From Octopus vulgaris (Eukaryota): a DNA stretch of 64,000 bases. The first letter of the stretch is position 1. Every line of letters begins with the position of its first letter. The notes beneath the pieces were generated by a model, which ran no database searches, was not told the DNA's origin, and saw nothing but the letters and a program-made list of their open reading frames with translations. Both the position numbers and the translations under genes were made by a program. Shown here in pieces: positions 25,357 through 37,569 of the stretch. The stretch is from positions 24,924,001-24,988,000 of the forward strand of contig OX597821.1 in the NCBI GenBank assembly GCA_951406725.2, in the 5' to 3' direction.

Positions 25357-25432
25357 GAAAACATCGGCTTTTGACAGTGGTATAGCCTCAAGTACTGATA
25401 CTCAAAAGCTGAGAAAAACAACAGTTTTAGAG
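25357..25432 (+). CDS. SYCP2: SYCP2-like exon L (KTSAFDSGIASSTDTQKLRKTTVLE), phase 2 to 0
   Basis: ttttctccag|GAAAAC...TTAGAG|gtaggt. Confidence 0.75.
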
Positions 25433-25686
25433 GTAGGTATTATAAAATAAACATTAATAGATTGTTATTTATTAAACATTATTGCTTATTGTGATATTTA
25501 TATAGTTGAGTGGCAAAGCTTGTAAAGCATAGAAAATAAGACCCTCATAATTATTATGATACCTTTGATAATAAAGCTTTTCAGTCAACTGAAAATGATA
25601 TAATCTACTCTTTTATCTTCCATTATTCATGGGAATCACTCTTTAACTTTCCCTAAGTAATAGAATTTACTATATTATTGTCATAC

Positions 25687-26184
25687 TATGTATATATGTG
25701 TATGTGTGTGTGTATATACACACACACACACACAACCCATGCCAGCATGGAAAATGGATACTGAATGATGATGATGACAACACACACATTACAGGTTTCC
25801 AGTTTCCGTTCACCGAATTAGGAGTAGGGTGGACACAATATTGGAAGGTGGCATGAGACAAGCTAGTTCTGAGGCGCAAAGGCTACTACTTGAAGTATAA
25901 GTTTTCAGTGTTGTCCCTCTAATCCCACAATACTCTTGTATTGTGGGATTAGAGGGACAACACTGAAAACTTATACTTCAAGTAGTAGCCTTTGCGCCTC
26001 AGAACTAGCTTGTCTCATGCCACCTTCCAATATTGTGTCCACCCTACTCCTAATTCGGTGAACGGAAACTGGAAACCTGTAATGTGTGTGTTGTCATCAT
26101 CATCATTCAGTATCCATTTTCCATGCTGGCATGGGTTGTGTGTGTGTGTGTGTATATACACACACACATACACATATATACATA
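25687..26184. repeat. Perfect long palindrome: 247-bp arms, 4-nt spacer (tctt, 25934-25937)
   Basis: Mirror ORFs 25670..25879(-) and 25992..26345(+) share identical N-termini; arms checked by eye. Confidence 0.93.
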
Positions 26185-26208
26185 TATATATACACACATA
26201 TACATATG

Positions 26209-26244
<36 letters not shown>

Positions 26245-26289
26245 CATACACACATACATATATACATACACACACACACATATATTTAT

Positions 26290-26570
26290 CACATCATCAT
26301 CATACGGCTATTTTCCATACTGCATTGGTCAGACGGTTTGACTAAAAACTGGTAAGCTGGGGAACTACACCAGGTTCCAGTCTGATTTAGCAAGGTTTCT
26401 ACAGTTGGATGCCCTTCCTAACACCAACCACTCTAAGAGTGTAGCGGGTGCTTTTTAAATACCACCAGCATGGATGCCAGTTACAAAACACTGGCATCAG
26501 CCACGACTACAATCTCACTTGGCTTGACAAGTCTTCTCACACACAGTATATTGCCAAAAGTCTCAGTCAC
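26290..26570 (-). mobile_element. RTE-family 3' tail fragment
   Basis: catcatcat..tttctacagttggatgcccttcctaacaccaaccac (reverse complement of the RTE tail). Confidence 0.7.
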
Positions 26571-26635
26571 TTATCTCTATAGTTTAGTTAATTCAAAAGT
26601 CTAAATAGGATATATATATATATATATATATATAT

Positions 26636-28387
26636 GGTGTGTTATGAGAATTTATGGAAAAGTATCCCATAGAACTCAACAAATTTGTTAAAAATGGAGA
26701 AGAGGAGATGTTAAAATTTGAAAGAATTTTAATACGTGCATGCAATCATTTCAAGCAGCAATATTAAAACATGTAAATTCATGGTAGAATAATTAAATTA
26801 ATTTGATTAAACTAAATTAATTACATATCACTGTTCTCCTCAGTGCAAGAAGTATAAACAAAAAATTATTATTACAGAGGATTTGACGAAGGAAATAGCA
26901 GAGAACAAGTTCGGTTATACATATTTATTCTCATGAAAATTGAGAGCATCATAACAAAAAATGTGAGTCTAGTTGTGCATAAACTAAAACTAAGGCAACT
27001 AACAGTCATCTCTCTATATATAAACGGCAGTTTGTGTATCTGTGTGTCTGTCAGGTTGTACCCTCACCCTGACCTCGGCTTTCAACCGATTCTGATGAAA
27101 CTTGACACACACATAGCCCAATGTCATAATTCAAAACTAACGCAGCGAAATTTTGAAAAGTTCCCCCAGTTCTGAAAAAAAATCGATAAATTCGATATGG
27201 GTCAAGAATCTAAGCTTTTTATATGCAACACATTTTCTACAGACTGTCTAGGGGACGCAACTCGACCTTTTTAACTCTTGGAACACGTGGCGTAAGTATC
27301 CCAAAATGTATAAAAATGTACAAAAACAGCAAAAATGCGGGCAGCAATGTGAGTGACAACAACGAAAAAGTCAAAAGTGACCAAACTGAACAAACGAATG
27401 GAAAAGGTTTTTTGATGCACACGACAAAAGCGGTTTATAAAAAACCAAGAGTTTGCAAGTAGCATCCGAGGACCCTTGGGGTACGTCAAAAATTTAAGGT
27501 AAAACGTTTGGGGTGGTAGTTATAAAGAAAGTGTAAACAAAAAAAGTATTCGAATAACTTGGTTGGGTTCAATTATCGATAGCTGTTTGATAGTTATTTG
27601 GGAGTGAAGAGAATACATTGCAACCTACACATGCGCCTTCGTTCCCTAGAGGGAAAGGACTAGATTGGGACTAGTCGTTGCCTACTAGGGGCTCTTACAT
27701 ACCCGGGCAACGCCGGGCTATGCTGCTAGTTTGAAAATATAAGGGAAAAAAGTTTTAAGAGATGTTCCCTCTAGAGAAGAGTAAGTAGATAAGTAATTCA
27801 AACTCCAAGTCATTTAGTAGAGGAAGTTTATAGAAATGTCCAATGGAAAAGCATAGTTATGTTTGAATTAGGATATGACTTTTTTTCTCACTCTTTGCAC
27901 CGGTATGAGTATACTTATTTTTGTATGGTGTTCTTTCCTCTAATAAATGTCTTATTTGGAGCTTAAATTACATATCTACTTACTCTTCTTAAAACCTTTT
28001 TCACTTATATTTTCAAATAACTATTAGTTGCTTTAGTTTTAGTTTATACACAACTAGACTCACATTCTTTGTTATGATGCTCTCAATTTTCATAAGAATA
28101 AATATGTATATCCAAACTTGTTCTCTGCTATTTCCTTCATCAAGTCCTCTGTAATAATTTTTTGTTTATACTTCTTGCACTGAGGAGAACAGTGATATGT
28201 AATTAATTTAATTTAATCAAATTAATTTAATTATTCCTCCATGAATTTACATGTTTTAATATCGCTGCTTGAAATGATTGTATGCATGTATTAAATTTTT
28301 TTCAAATTTTCACTTCTTCTCTTCTCCATTTTTAACAAATTTGTTGAGTTCTATGGGGTACCTTTCCATAAGTTCTTATAACACACC
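26636..28387. mobile_element. Long-TIR foldback DNA element (~450-bp arms, ~110-bp spacer) next to a (TA)n tract
   Basis: 26636-27008 plus 27730-27826 is the diverged reverse complement of 27935-28387; ends GGTGTGTTAT...ATAACACACC flanked by tata. Confidence 0.85.
27009..27729 (+). mobile_element. Non-autonomous Helitron (721 bp)
   Basis: 5' TC start, 3' CTAG end, subterminal hairpin CCCGG-gcaacg-CCGGG (27702-27717), inserted between A and T with no TSD; the empty site is visible in the opposite TIR. Confidence 0.9.
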
Positions 28388-28921
28388 ATATACAAGTATT
28401 TTCATATTCACAAACTTACACCAGTAAGCTACCAGCAAAATACGAAGAATCTTTATTAGAAATTGCTTTTTTGGAATTAAAGGATGAAATATAATTCAAC
28501 CTTTTCACATATATGGTATTTTAGTACTGAACAGTGAGAATGCGTGCTGAACATCACATTTGATGAATAACATATATTCATTATTTGTGCCTTAGTAATG
28601 CTACCAATGGTTTCATGTGGAAAGTTTACAATTTTTTAAGTGTTCTGCTTAAGAATGTTGGTAAACCACCTCCATGTTGGATGAAACTACATGAGATTAC
28701 ACAAGATTATATGAGACTTTAAAATATTTCTTTAGTTCACAGGTATGCAGATAAGGAAAGATAACTTATTTAGGGGCGTCTTCAATTGTTATTTTGTTTC
28801 ATTTGCCTTGGGGATTTTTTGTGTTCATCACAGATTAATTGTATTATATATTAACATTACCTACTTTCTTAAGTGGAACATCTGAAAACCCGTGAACTTC
28901 CCAGATGAAACCATTGGTAGT

Positions 28922-29150
28922 ATTTACATTATTTACATTTGATGGGTATTTTTCCTCATCTTGCTTGTTGTTAACACGTTTCGGCTGATATACTCTCCAG
29001 CCTTCATCAGGTGTCTTGGGGAAATGAAGACTGGAGGGTGTTTCAACCGAAACGTTGTGTTAATAACAAACAAGATGAGGACAAATATCCATCAAATGTA
29101 AATAATGTAAACAATGTACATAATTCCTCATCTCTTAAATATAGAACTGT
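28922..29150. mobile_element. Penelope-like inverted pLTR remnant with degenerate hammerhead ribozyme motifs; 9-bp TSD
   Basis: Arms 28923-29007 and 29024-29111 are inverted; CTGATGA..GAAAC core on minus strand; TSD attggtagt at 28913-28921 and 29151-29159. Confidence 0.7.
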
Positions 29151-29691
29151 ATTGGTAGTGTTGTTTATCAACAAATAACATTTAGATTGGCTGACCCCTC
29201 TGATGAGAACCCACTAAGATTTGAAAATTTTTCAATCTACAGAGAAATAGTTAAATTTGCCCTGTTTGTATGTCTTATTATGTAGGTGTATATATATTTA
29301 TAGATATTCTTTTACGTGTTACACCCTAAAGGTTGCAGCCCTGCAGAAACACTGCTAATAATATATATATATATATATATATGAAATCATCATTATTTTA
29401 TGTCTGCTTAGTACATTCACAGAGTGTTAACATAACCTATTGATATATTTACAAAGTATTAGTATAATTTGTGGGTCCATGGGTACATTTACAGAGAATT
29501 AGTATTCATTTGGAAGTCCAGAAATGTTGAGTGTAACCTTTTGATACATTCACCGAGTATTTGGTTAATCTTTTGGTACATTTAAACTGGTATTATATTT
29601 TGTTGCTACATATACAGAGCATTAGTATATACTCTTAAATATTTTCTTAATTATTACTAAATTTTATTTATTTATCTATTTCGATTATTAA

Positions 29692-29912
29692 CCCTACAGC
29701 ATTTAATCCGACCATACCAGGCCGAAATATTGCACTTGTTTTTTATGTGCAAAGCTGCCAGATCTGGTCTCTCACACCTACCCTACAATATTCTAAAAAT
29801 AAACAGTCTCATCACTGATATCTCAAAGCTAAAAGATAATGCATGATTAATTCAAATCAATGTGAATAAATAAACATTATACATTTGGCAGAGTAATCTG
29901 AATGCTAAACGG
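29692..29912. mobile_element. piggyBac-type MITE (221 bp), TTAA TSD
   Basis: ttaa|ccctacagcatt...aatgctaaacgg|ttaa. Confidence 0.7.
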
Positions 29913-30964
29913 TTAAGGCAACAAGCTGATAGACTCATTAGCCTTGAATCATCTTCTGACTTGATGTTCTGAGTTGAAATTCCATCAAGTCAACTTTGCC
30001 TGTCATTCTTTTGGAGTAAATAAGTATCAGTTGAGTTTTGGAGTCAATATAATCAGCTAGTTTCCTCCCACCAAATTTCAGACCTTGTGTCTAAAGTAGA
30101 AAGAAATTTATTTATTTTGAGTATGAGGACGAAAGAGAAGTAATGTTCATAAGCATATTTAGACCCCACTAGGAGGAGTTGCTATGATTAGTATACTTGT
30201 AGCTTCATATAGGGCAGAACGAAGGCAAAACACATTGAATATGAGAGGAGGTGGTGTAGATGATAATCCAGATGAATTCAAGCAAGAGAGCAGTGGTAAA
30301 GCCAGCATATTCAGAGGAGCATAGGCCATTATCATGAAAGACAAGAGAATGGACCAATAATTGTGTAAAAGTAAGAAGTAATGGATTAATTTTCATACTA
30401 TTGGAGGACTTTTTGGAGACTTTTCCCTTTCAATTGTCTACTATGATGATTGTGATGGTGAGTAGTTATTCTGGACTATACTTTAGATAAGGCCTATCAC
30501 CACAAAATAGCCCCTGCTCCAGATCCCACTCTCCTCTCTAGACACCACTTCTCTGCCTAACACATTTTCTGCTATTGAATACTGACATTAGAAAAATTAT
30601 TGTTAGTGAAATGAAACATTTAAGTCAACATTTAAATGATTTATATGAGATATACTGTAAGCATTCTACATATTCGAATTAAAATCTGTCAACAATGTTA
30701 TATTTTATGTAATAATAACAATTATTTTGAACATAAGCACAAAGCCCTAAGGGTCTAATAATGCATATTACCACTAGTACCTTATTTTAACTAACCTTGC
30801 AGGATGAAAAATAAAGTTAAATATAAAATTTTAACTCATTATATTGAGACGTAACAGCATTTAGGTTGTCATTTTACTGTTTTTTGTTTTTTTATCCATT
30901 GCCATTAATAGTGATTTGTAATATAAGCCAAGGGTCATAAACTGGAAAGAAATATATAGTAGTA

Positions 30965-31363
30965 CTCTTTTACTCTTTTACTTGTTTCAGTCATTTGACT
31001 GTGGCCATGCTGAAGCACCGCCTTTAGTCGAGCAAATCGACCCCAGGACTTATTCTTTGTAAGCCCAGTACTTATTCTATCGGTCTCTTTTGCCGAACCG
31101 CTAAGTGACGGGGACGTAAACACACCAGCATCGGTTGTCAAGCAATGCTAGGGCGACAAACACAGACACACACACACTTATATATATATATACGTATATA
31201 CGACAGGCTTCTTTCAGTTTCCGTCTACCAAATCCACTCACAAGGCATTGGTTGGCCCGGGGCTATAGCAGAAGACACTTGCCCAAGATGCCACGCAGTG
31301 GGACTGAACCCGGGACCATGTGGTTGGTTAGCAAGCTACTTACCACACAGCCACTCCTTAGCC
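30965..31363 (-). mobile_element. tRNA-derived SINE (Meta-domain-like core) with internal microsatellite, 10-bp TSD
   Basis: Minus-strand head aggagtggctgtgtggtaag..ggttcagtccc..ttgggcaagtgtcttc; TSD tatagtagta at 30955-30964 and 31364-31373. Confidence 0.85.
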
Positions 31364-31536
31364 TATAGTAGTAGTTCATATCAACATCAATATATTACTG
31401 GTATTTATCTTATCAAGCTGGCAGGATAAAAAATAATGAGGAAATAGTGGTAATATAAGACTGTCCTAAATTATATTGTAATTACATTTAATGATTAGAT
31501 TTTGATTTACCTGTCATTTCTTCTATTTTCTTTCAG

Positions 31537-31603
31537 AAAACTATTCTAAAAGTAACTCCTTCAACAAAAGATGTCAGTATAACAGAAGATCCGTCATTCA
31601 TAT
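31537..31603 (+). CDS. SYCP2: SYCP2-like exon M (KTILKVTPSTKDVSITEDPSFI), phase 0 to 1
   Basis: ttctttcag|AAAACT...TTCATAT|gtaagc. Confidence 0.75.
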
Positions 31604-31988
31604 GTAAGCTTTATGATTGTTGTTGTTTTCATAAAAATGTGTTATGATAATAGCTTAGTAGCTGAGTTTCCTTATTGCTGTAATTTCAAATTTAATATTT
31701 CAATTTTCAATACCTTTAAATGGATGATAAAACATGGTATACAGTTCTATATTCAATTATTGTCACGCATACTGCATATGCATGCACGGACACATTGGCC
31801 AATGTGTCATACATGTTTAACTGCAATGAATGAGTGTGTCGTGAAATCTTATGAAACTTTGTCAAATATCCTGTCCAGTTAAATTATGATTTAAATTTTC
31901 TGTTGTTTTCTCAAAACAGTTTCTTTTTCAGGTTTCATAATCTAGAAAATTCTCAAGAATCATTTATCACTTTATTTTTGTCCTCTAG

Positions 31989-33445
31989 ATCATTCTTTAA
32001 TAAAGAAAAATTCTGAATTGAAGTCCAGTAATATTGATAAAATCAAAGAAATAAATAATGATGTTTTGAAAGAAGTAACAAAGGTTACTGAATCTAAACA
32101 GACTGCTGTAGAGAATTTATCATCTACATCAGATAATAGAATGAAAACTAAGAGCCCAGTTAAGAAAACATCTTTCCATTTCATGAGTTCTGATAGTGAT
32201 GCTAATTCTGGCAACAATAGAACCATACCTTCAAAGTACTCCACCATCACAAAAGAAAATCTCAAGAAATTTAATCAGCAAAGAGACAAGTCATCAGTTA
32301 ATAATTTGAATGCTAGAATTAAAGGCTTTGTGAAATCTTCATGTGAGACTGTTTTCCAAGACATTGACGATGTTGACAAGAACCAGACTATGAAAGAAGA
32401 TGAAATATTGAAAGATCCTCATCATCTTTCCACACTTCACAAATCAAGGAATCCTGATGTTGATTTAACAAATGACAAAAGTTCTAAAACTACAAGCAAC
32501 ACTTCTAACCATAATAATAATAATAATAATGACACTGACCTATCAAGTAAGTCAGCATTGGCATCTAGTAACTTATCTAGTCCTGTTACTGATCCTACAA
32601 TGAGGAAAAAATCGCCAGGAAATACAAATCAACAACAGAAAGTTGCTAGTCCAGAGAACATGTCACGATCAACAGAAGGGGATCAACTAGTGAACCCAAA
32701 AACTGCCAGTAATAGTTCTAAGTTCCAAACCAATTCGAAACAACAATCAAAAATAAAAGGGAATATTCCAAAAAGACCCCTCTTTTATTTCTCTTCTCGA
32801 TCACCAAATGAAGCACATAGAAAATCTGAAGGTAACCGAAGCCCAAGTCTTAAACTATTTGAACAGACTCCACCTCATAAAGCACAAGAGAAGGCAAAAA
32901 GAAATTACAGATCAAAACAACAAGCAAACTTCTCTAATTATTATGACCCTTACGATTTTGACAATATCAGTAATAACTCTTCTGATGTTAAACTGTCTGT
33001 CAGAAGTTCATCTCCAGTCATTTCAGAAAAACGTAAATTTTTCAAGACTAGACAGAATACTAAACCAGCCAATCTTTCAAACTACTTAGATATCACCAAA
33101 AGATCAAAACCAATTAAAGAATCTGAAAGCTTTCTGCCAACTACTGCTTCTAAGAAAACCAAACAATCTTTCAACAAAAAGCATAAAACTTCAAATCAGA
33201 CATCTAAACCCATTACTTCAAATCAGATGTCTAAATCTGTTACTTTAAATCAAACATTAAAATCTGTTACTTCAAATCAGACACCTAAATCTGTCTTAGA
33301 TGAATTTAACAAAGACCAGTCCAATGAAACATGCTTTAATCCCTTACCTCCTGGACGTCAGGGTTTAAATAACAAACAATGTGATGGTTCAGGAAGAAGT
33401 GACAAAACTTCCAAAAAAGTTTCGAGCAGTTCGGTTAATTCTAAG
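31989..33445 (+). CDS. SYCP2: SYCP2-like large exon N (1457 nt, disordered S/N/K/T-rich), phase 1 to 0
   Basis: tcctctag|ATCATT...TCTAAG|gtaagg; 483-aa ORF 32018..33469. Confidence 0.88.
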
Positions 33446-33883
33446 GTAAGGGATAATATCTTCTCTTGATTTAATCTCTGTAATAGCAATGATAACGATT
33501 ACTTATGTTAGTATAGAATACAATAGCTTTGCATCTCTGTTATGGATGTAAATTTAAGGCATATTGTATTTCTTTTATTACTGAAAAATTTTTTTTTTAC
33601 ATTTCCATTGATTCAACTTTAGCTGTTCATCATTTTCAACACATGAACTAGGACAACTGCAGAAACAAGAAAACATTGACTGAACATTGACATAATTATT
33701 CTAGCTAATATTCTGTTGGTTTTCTAATGTCATGTTATTACTGTGTGGCCCTCCCCAACCTGTCCAATCCTGATCACGTAGGTGGTCTGTCTATGTGTAG
33801 CCTACAATTCTAACATTTCAGGCATTTACATGATTTAAAAACATTCCATGTGTCAATTCCATATTTCTAAGCATTTTGCTCTA

Positions 33884-33933
<50 letters not shown>

Positions 33934-34224
33934 AGATAGCAGGAAACGTCTAATGGAGATATGGTTGTTATTTCTAGCAAGGCAAATGACAGCATATTAT
34001 TCATTAAACAGAAACTTAAGATAATTTTTACTGTTGTTACTCTGCAACTCGTCTCTCACTCTCAATTTTTTTAATCAGCCCTGGTCTCTATTTAAGATTC
34101 TTTTCAGTTTCTCTTCACCCATCTCTACATACACACACTATCATATTTCTGAAGTTTCTAAAAGCTGAAATAAAAACATTAATACTGTAGATTTTTTTTT
34201 TTTAATTATTGTTATTTTAACAGC

Positions 34225-34580
34225 CAATCTCATCTTTTGCTTGTTTCAGACATTAAAGTGCAGCTTAGCTAGGCACCACCTTGAAGGGTTTTAGTTGATC
34301 AAATCAACCTCAGTACATATTTTAAGTCTGATACTTATTCTATCAGTTTTGTTTTTTCCAAACAGCTAAGGATCATAAACAAACCAATACTGGTTGTTGA
34401 GTTGTGGCGAGGAGCAAAGATAAATTCAAAGACACACACACACACACACATGCAATGGACTACCACACAGTTACTATCTACCATATTCACTCACAAGGCA
34501 TTGCTCAGCCTGCGGCTATAGTTGAAGACACTTGCCCAAGCTGCTGCTCTGTGGGATTGAACTGAAAACCATGTGGTTAC
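34225..34580 (-). mobile_element. Older copy of the same SINE family as 30965-31363
   Basis: cactcacaaggcattg..gaagacacttgcccaag..gtggga..accatgtggtt. Confidence 0.7.
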
Positions 34581-35185
34581 AAAATAGTCAGAGTATTGTA
34601 CTAACAGATTAAATCTGAACTGACACCAACTAAACTAGGAAATGACACCATCGTCTTAATTCATCAGTGTTATATATTTAATTACCATCTAACCATGTTT
34701 TCCCTCATCTCTCAAACTTCATCCATCTCATCTCTATCTCAGACTATTCAGGTAACATATTCTCCTTTCCCAACTCTCAACTTTTAGGAAGTGTATAATA
34801 CACCTGTAAGAAGAGTACATTAAATAATGTAATCCTTGATACATAATGTACAGATAAAGGACATGTTGATTATACTGGAATGTCTTTGATCATAGGCGTA
34901 CTTACAACAACAACAAAACTGAAACAGTACATATGTTTATCAACAACCAGAGTGCTGTAGTGGTATAAATAAGATTTATTGTCAGAGATGCCTCTAATCA
35001 CACAATAGATCAAGCTACTCATTTGCTTTCACTACTTTTAACCTCTTATTGTTTGCAATTGAGATTCAAGTATTCTGTATTTTGTTTATTCTTTAGATCT
35101 ATGGTCATGTTTCTTACTATAATAACATTTAATTCATTTCTGTCCTTTGACTGCTTTTTTCTAAATTTGTTTCTTTAACATGAAG

Positions 35186-35253
35186 ACATCGGCCAATAAT
35201 GGACGACTAACTCGGAAGCGGAAACCTGTTAATTATAAAGAAGTTGATACTAG
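35186..35253 (+). CDS. SYCP2: SYCP2-like exon O (TSANNGRLTRKRKPVNYKEVDT), phase 0 to 2
   Basis: catgaag|ACATCG...ACTAG|gtaagt; basic-NYK(E/D) motif reminiscent of SYCP2. Confidence 0.75.
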
Positions 35254-36583
35254 GTAAGTTGTGTAACGACATTAACATCATAACTTAGAGTAGAGCCAAC
35301 AGGATAGGGTTTATAACCAATTGTATAGGTTGTTAGTTTCTTATTACTATTGATATTTATGAATTACCTTAAGGAAAGAAACACTTAATTCTTACATGTC
35401 TCTTTTTATCTAACTGTGTGGTATTAATTACATGTTCTTCTGGAAATGTTAGCTCTGATAGAATGACACCTTATTCAAGGAAAGATTTACTGCTTGCTCA
35501 TTTAACCCTTCTGAAGTTTGAGCTGAAGACCAGCTTTGTAAGTCTTTGTGACTCATGAAGATATTGTTATTATTATTATCATTATTAAGATGACAAACTA
35601 GCAGAATCACTAGTACACCAAACAAAATGTTTCACAGAATTTCTGCCAGCTTTACATTGTGAGTTCAAATTCCGTTGAGGCCAACTGTACCTTTCATCTT
35701 CTTGCAAATAAAATAAGTTAAACACTGGGCTGATGTTATCAACTAATTCCCTCTCTTTTAGGGAAATGGTGAGAGCATTGGTATAGGAGAAGGAGCTGTG
35801 TCCATGTCTTTCACAGGTATTCCCAGACCAGTGAGAGTGACTCAGCTTTACTTTTGAACTATTGCAAGTTGACAGTTGTAAGGAAAACATACACATAGAC
35901 ATTATGTGTGGGTCTATATGTATGTGTGTGTGTATATATATATATCATCAACAACATCAGTTTACATTTGTTATCCATAGAAATTAGCTTAAATTCAGAA
36001 TTATTGCTCTCCTTTATTTGAATGTACATTTCACTTATGGCTTTGTGGCTGGATGTCCTATCTGATGTCAACTACTTTACAAAATATACTGGGTACATTT
36101 TATAATGGCATCTGTACCTGAGAGGTGATCATGTCATCAAAAAAGATTAAAGAATCTGCTTTATTCTGCATTGTCTCCATTCATTCAATAACCATTTTAT
36201 ATAGAGTACTAGAAGCATTTTGTCATGGCACCAGCACTAGAGAGGTTACCTTGAGTCTGCAAATCTAAAGAGTCTAGTCTACTCTAACTTATTTCTATTC
36301 TTTTAAAGCAGACATGAGTGATAGAGTGAATTGAAGAAAGAGTAATGATAGGCAGCTTCATGCTGTGGGAAGATAGGTCAATGTTATTCTTTAGCATCCA
36401 TCTTCCATCTTGAAATGGATTGGTTGGTTTGAGATCTGATGGGTTCATGGACTGCATCTCCAATATCCACTTTGGCATGGTTTCTACAGCTGGATGGTCT
36501 TCTTAATGCCAATCACCATATGTATATGTATTGCCCCTTCTGATGTTTTTGTGATTATATATATATAACTTATAGCAACAACA

Positions 36584-36618
<35 letters not shown>

Positions 36619-37569
36619 GTCAATGGGGAATCTGTCACTCGGGTTGTTTGGGTTTAGCTTGAGTATAAATTTAGTAAAGTGAACGTTTAAATATGTAATG
36701 ATGCTTCATCAGATAGACATATCTGCTTAAATATTTGACACAAAAACATCAATTGAAAATATTTGTAACTGTTAAGGCTTAATGAAAATGCTTTATGAGA
36801 GCAAGCTTAATCATAGATAAGTAAATAATCTAACTAAAGTTATGTTAATTCCTAAATTTAAATCTATAAATATTCCATTCTATAACTGATTTTATTGCAC
36901 AATACATACGTTTATATATATATATTTATATATACTTATGTATACACACATACCCCTATCATTTATGTATACATGCATACACACACACGTACGTATACAC
37001 AATTGCATATTCACTTCTATTTTTTACAATTTGCATACATATACAATTCATACAAACATGTATCTATTTATGTTAAAACATTATTTTATATATTAATTCA
37101 AATCTAAATATTATGAATCTGACAATTAGAATGCAGGGAAGATAACTATTTTTCCATTTACAGAAACAAAACGGAAAACAAAATCCACTCTATCTTCAGC
37201 AAAAAAGCAATATAAATATATCATACAAAAACAAAGTAATAAACAATACAAATAAAATCTCCCACATGCTAACAATGAGCCAAAACAACAAATTAAATAA
37301 GATAAATATGCTATATCTACATATATACCCCATTATTCATTTACTCACATATATATACTTACCGATACTTATAAACCAAACGAAACCAGTTTTATACACA
37401 CATAGAAAAATAAATTCTATATATACATTACATCAAAACCAAAATAATACCAATATGAAACAATTTATTTTAATCCACACATATACACACTTATACATAA
37501 ATACATTAATGCATATATATATCAAACAATATACATATATACACATGACGCAAATGATCTTATGGTTTG

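Noticed and set aside
25992-26355. Overlapping Y/I/H/T-rich ORFs (also 25093, 36895, 37266, 40017, 47750-48002)
   Set aside because: Translations of microsatellites and AT-rich low-complexity DNA.
29200-29230. Second CTGATGAG hammerhead-like core
   Set aside because: No stem II or properly placed GAAA/stem III could be formed.
31270-31363. tRNA-like sequences with A/B boxes (also 7277, 21099, 61722)
   Set aside because: SINE heads attached to SINE bodies, tails and mostly TSDs; no complete cloverleaf seen.
32018-33469. Stand-alone 483-aa gene
   Set aside because: Starts at TTG and is bounded by clear splice sites in phase with neighbouring exons; it is exon N of the host gene.
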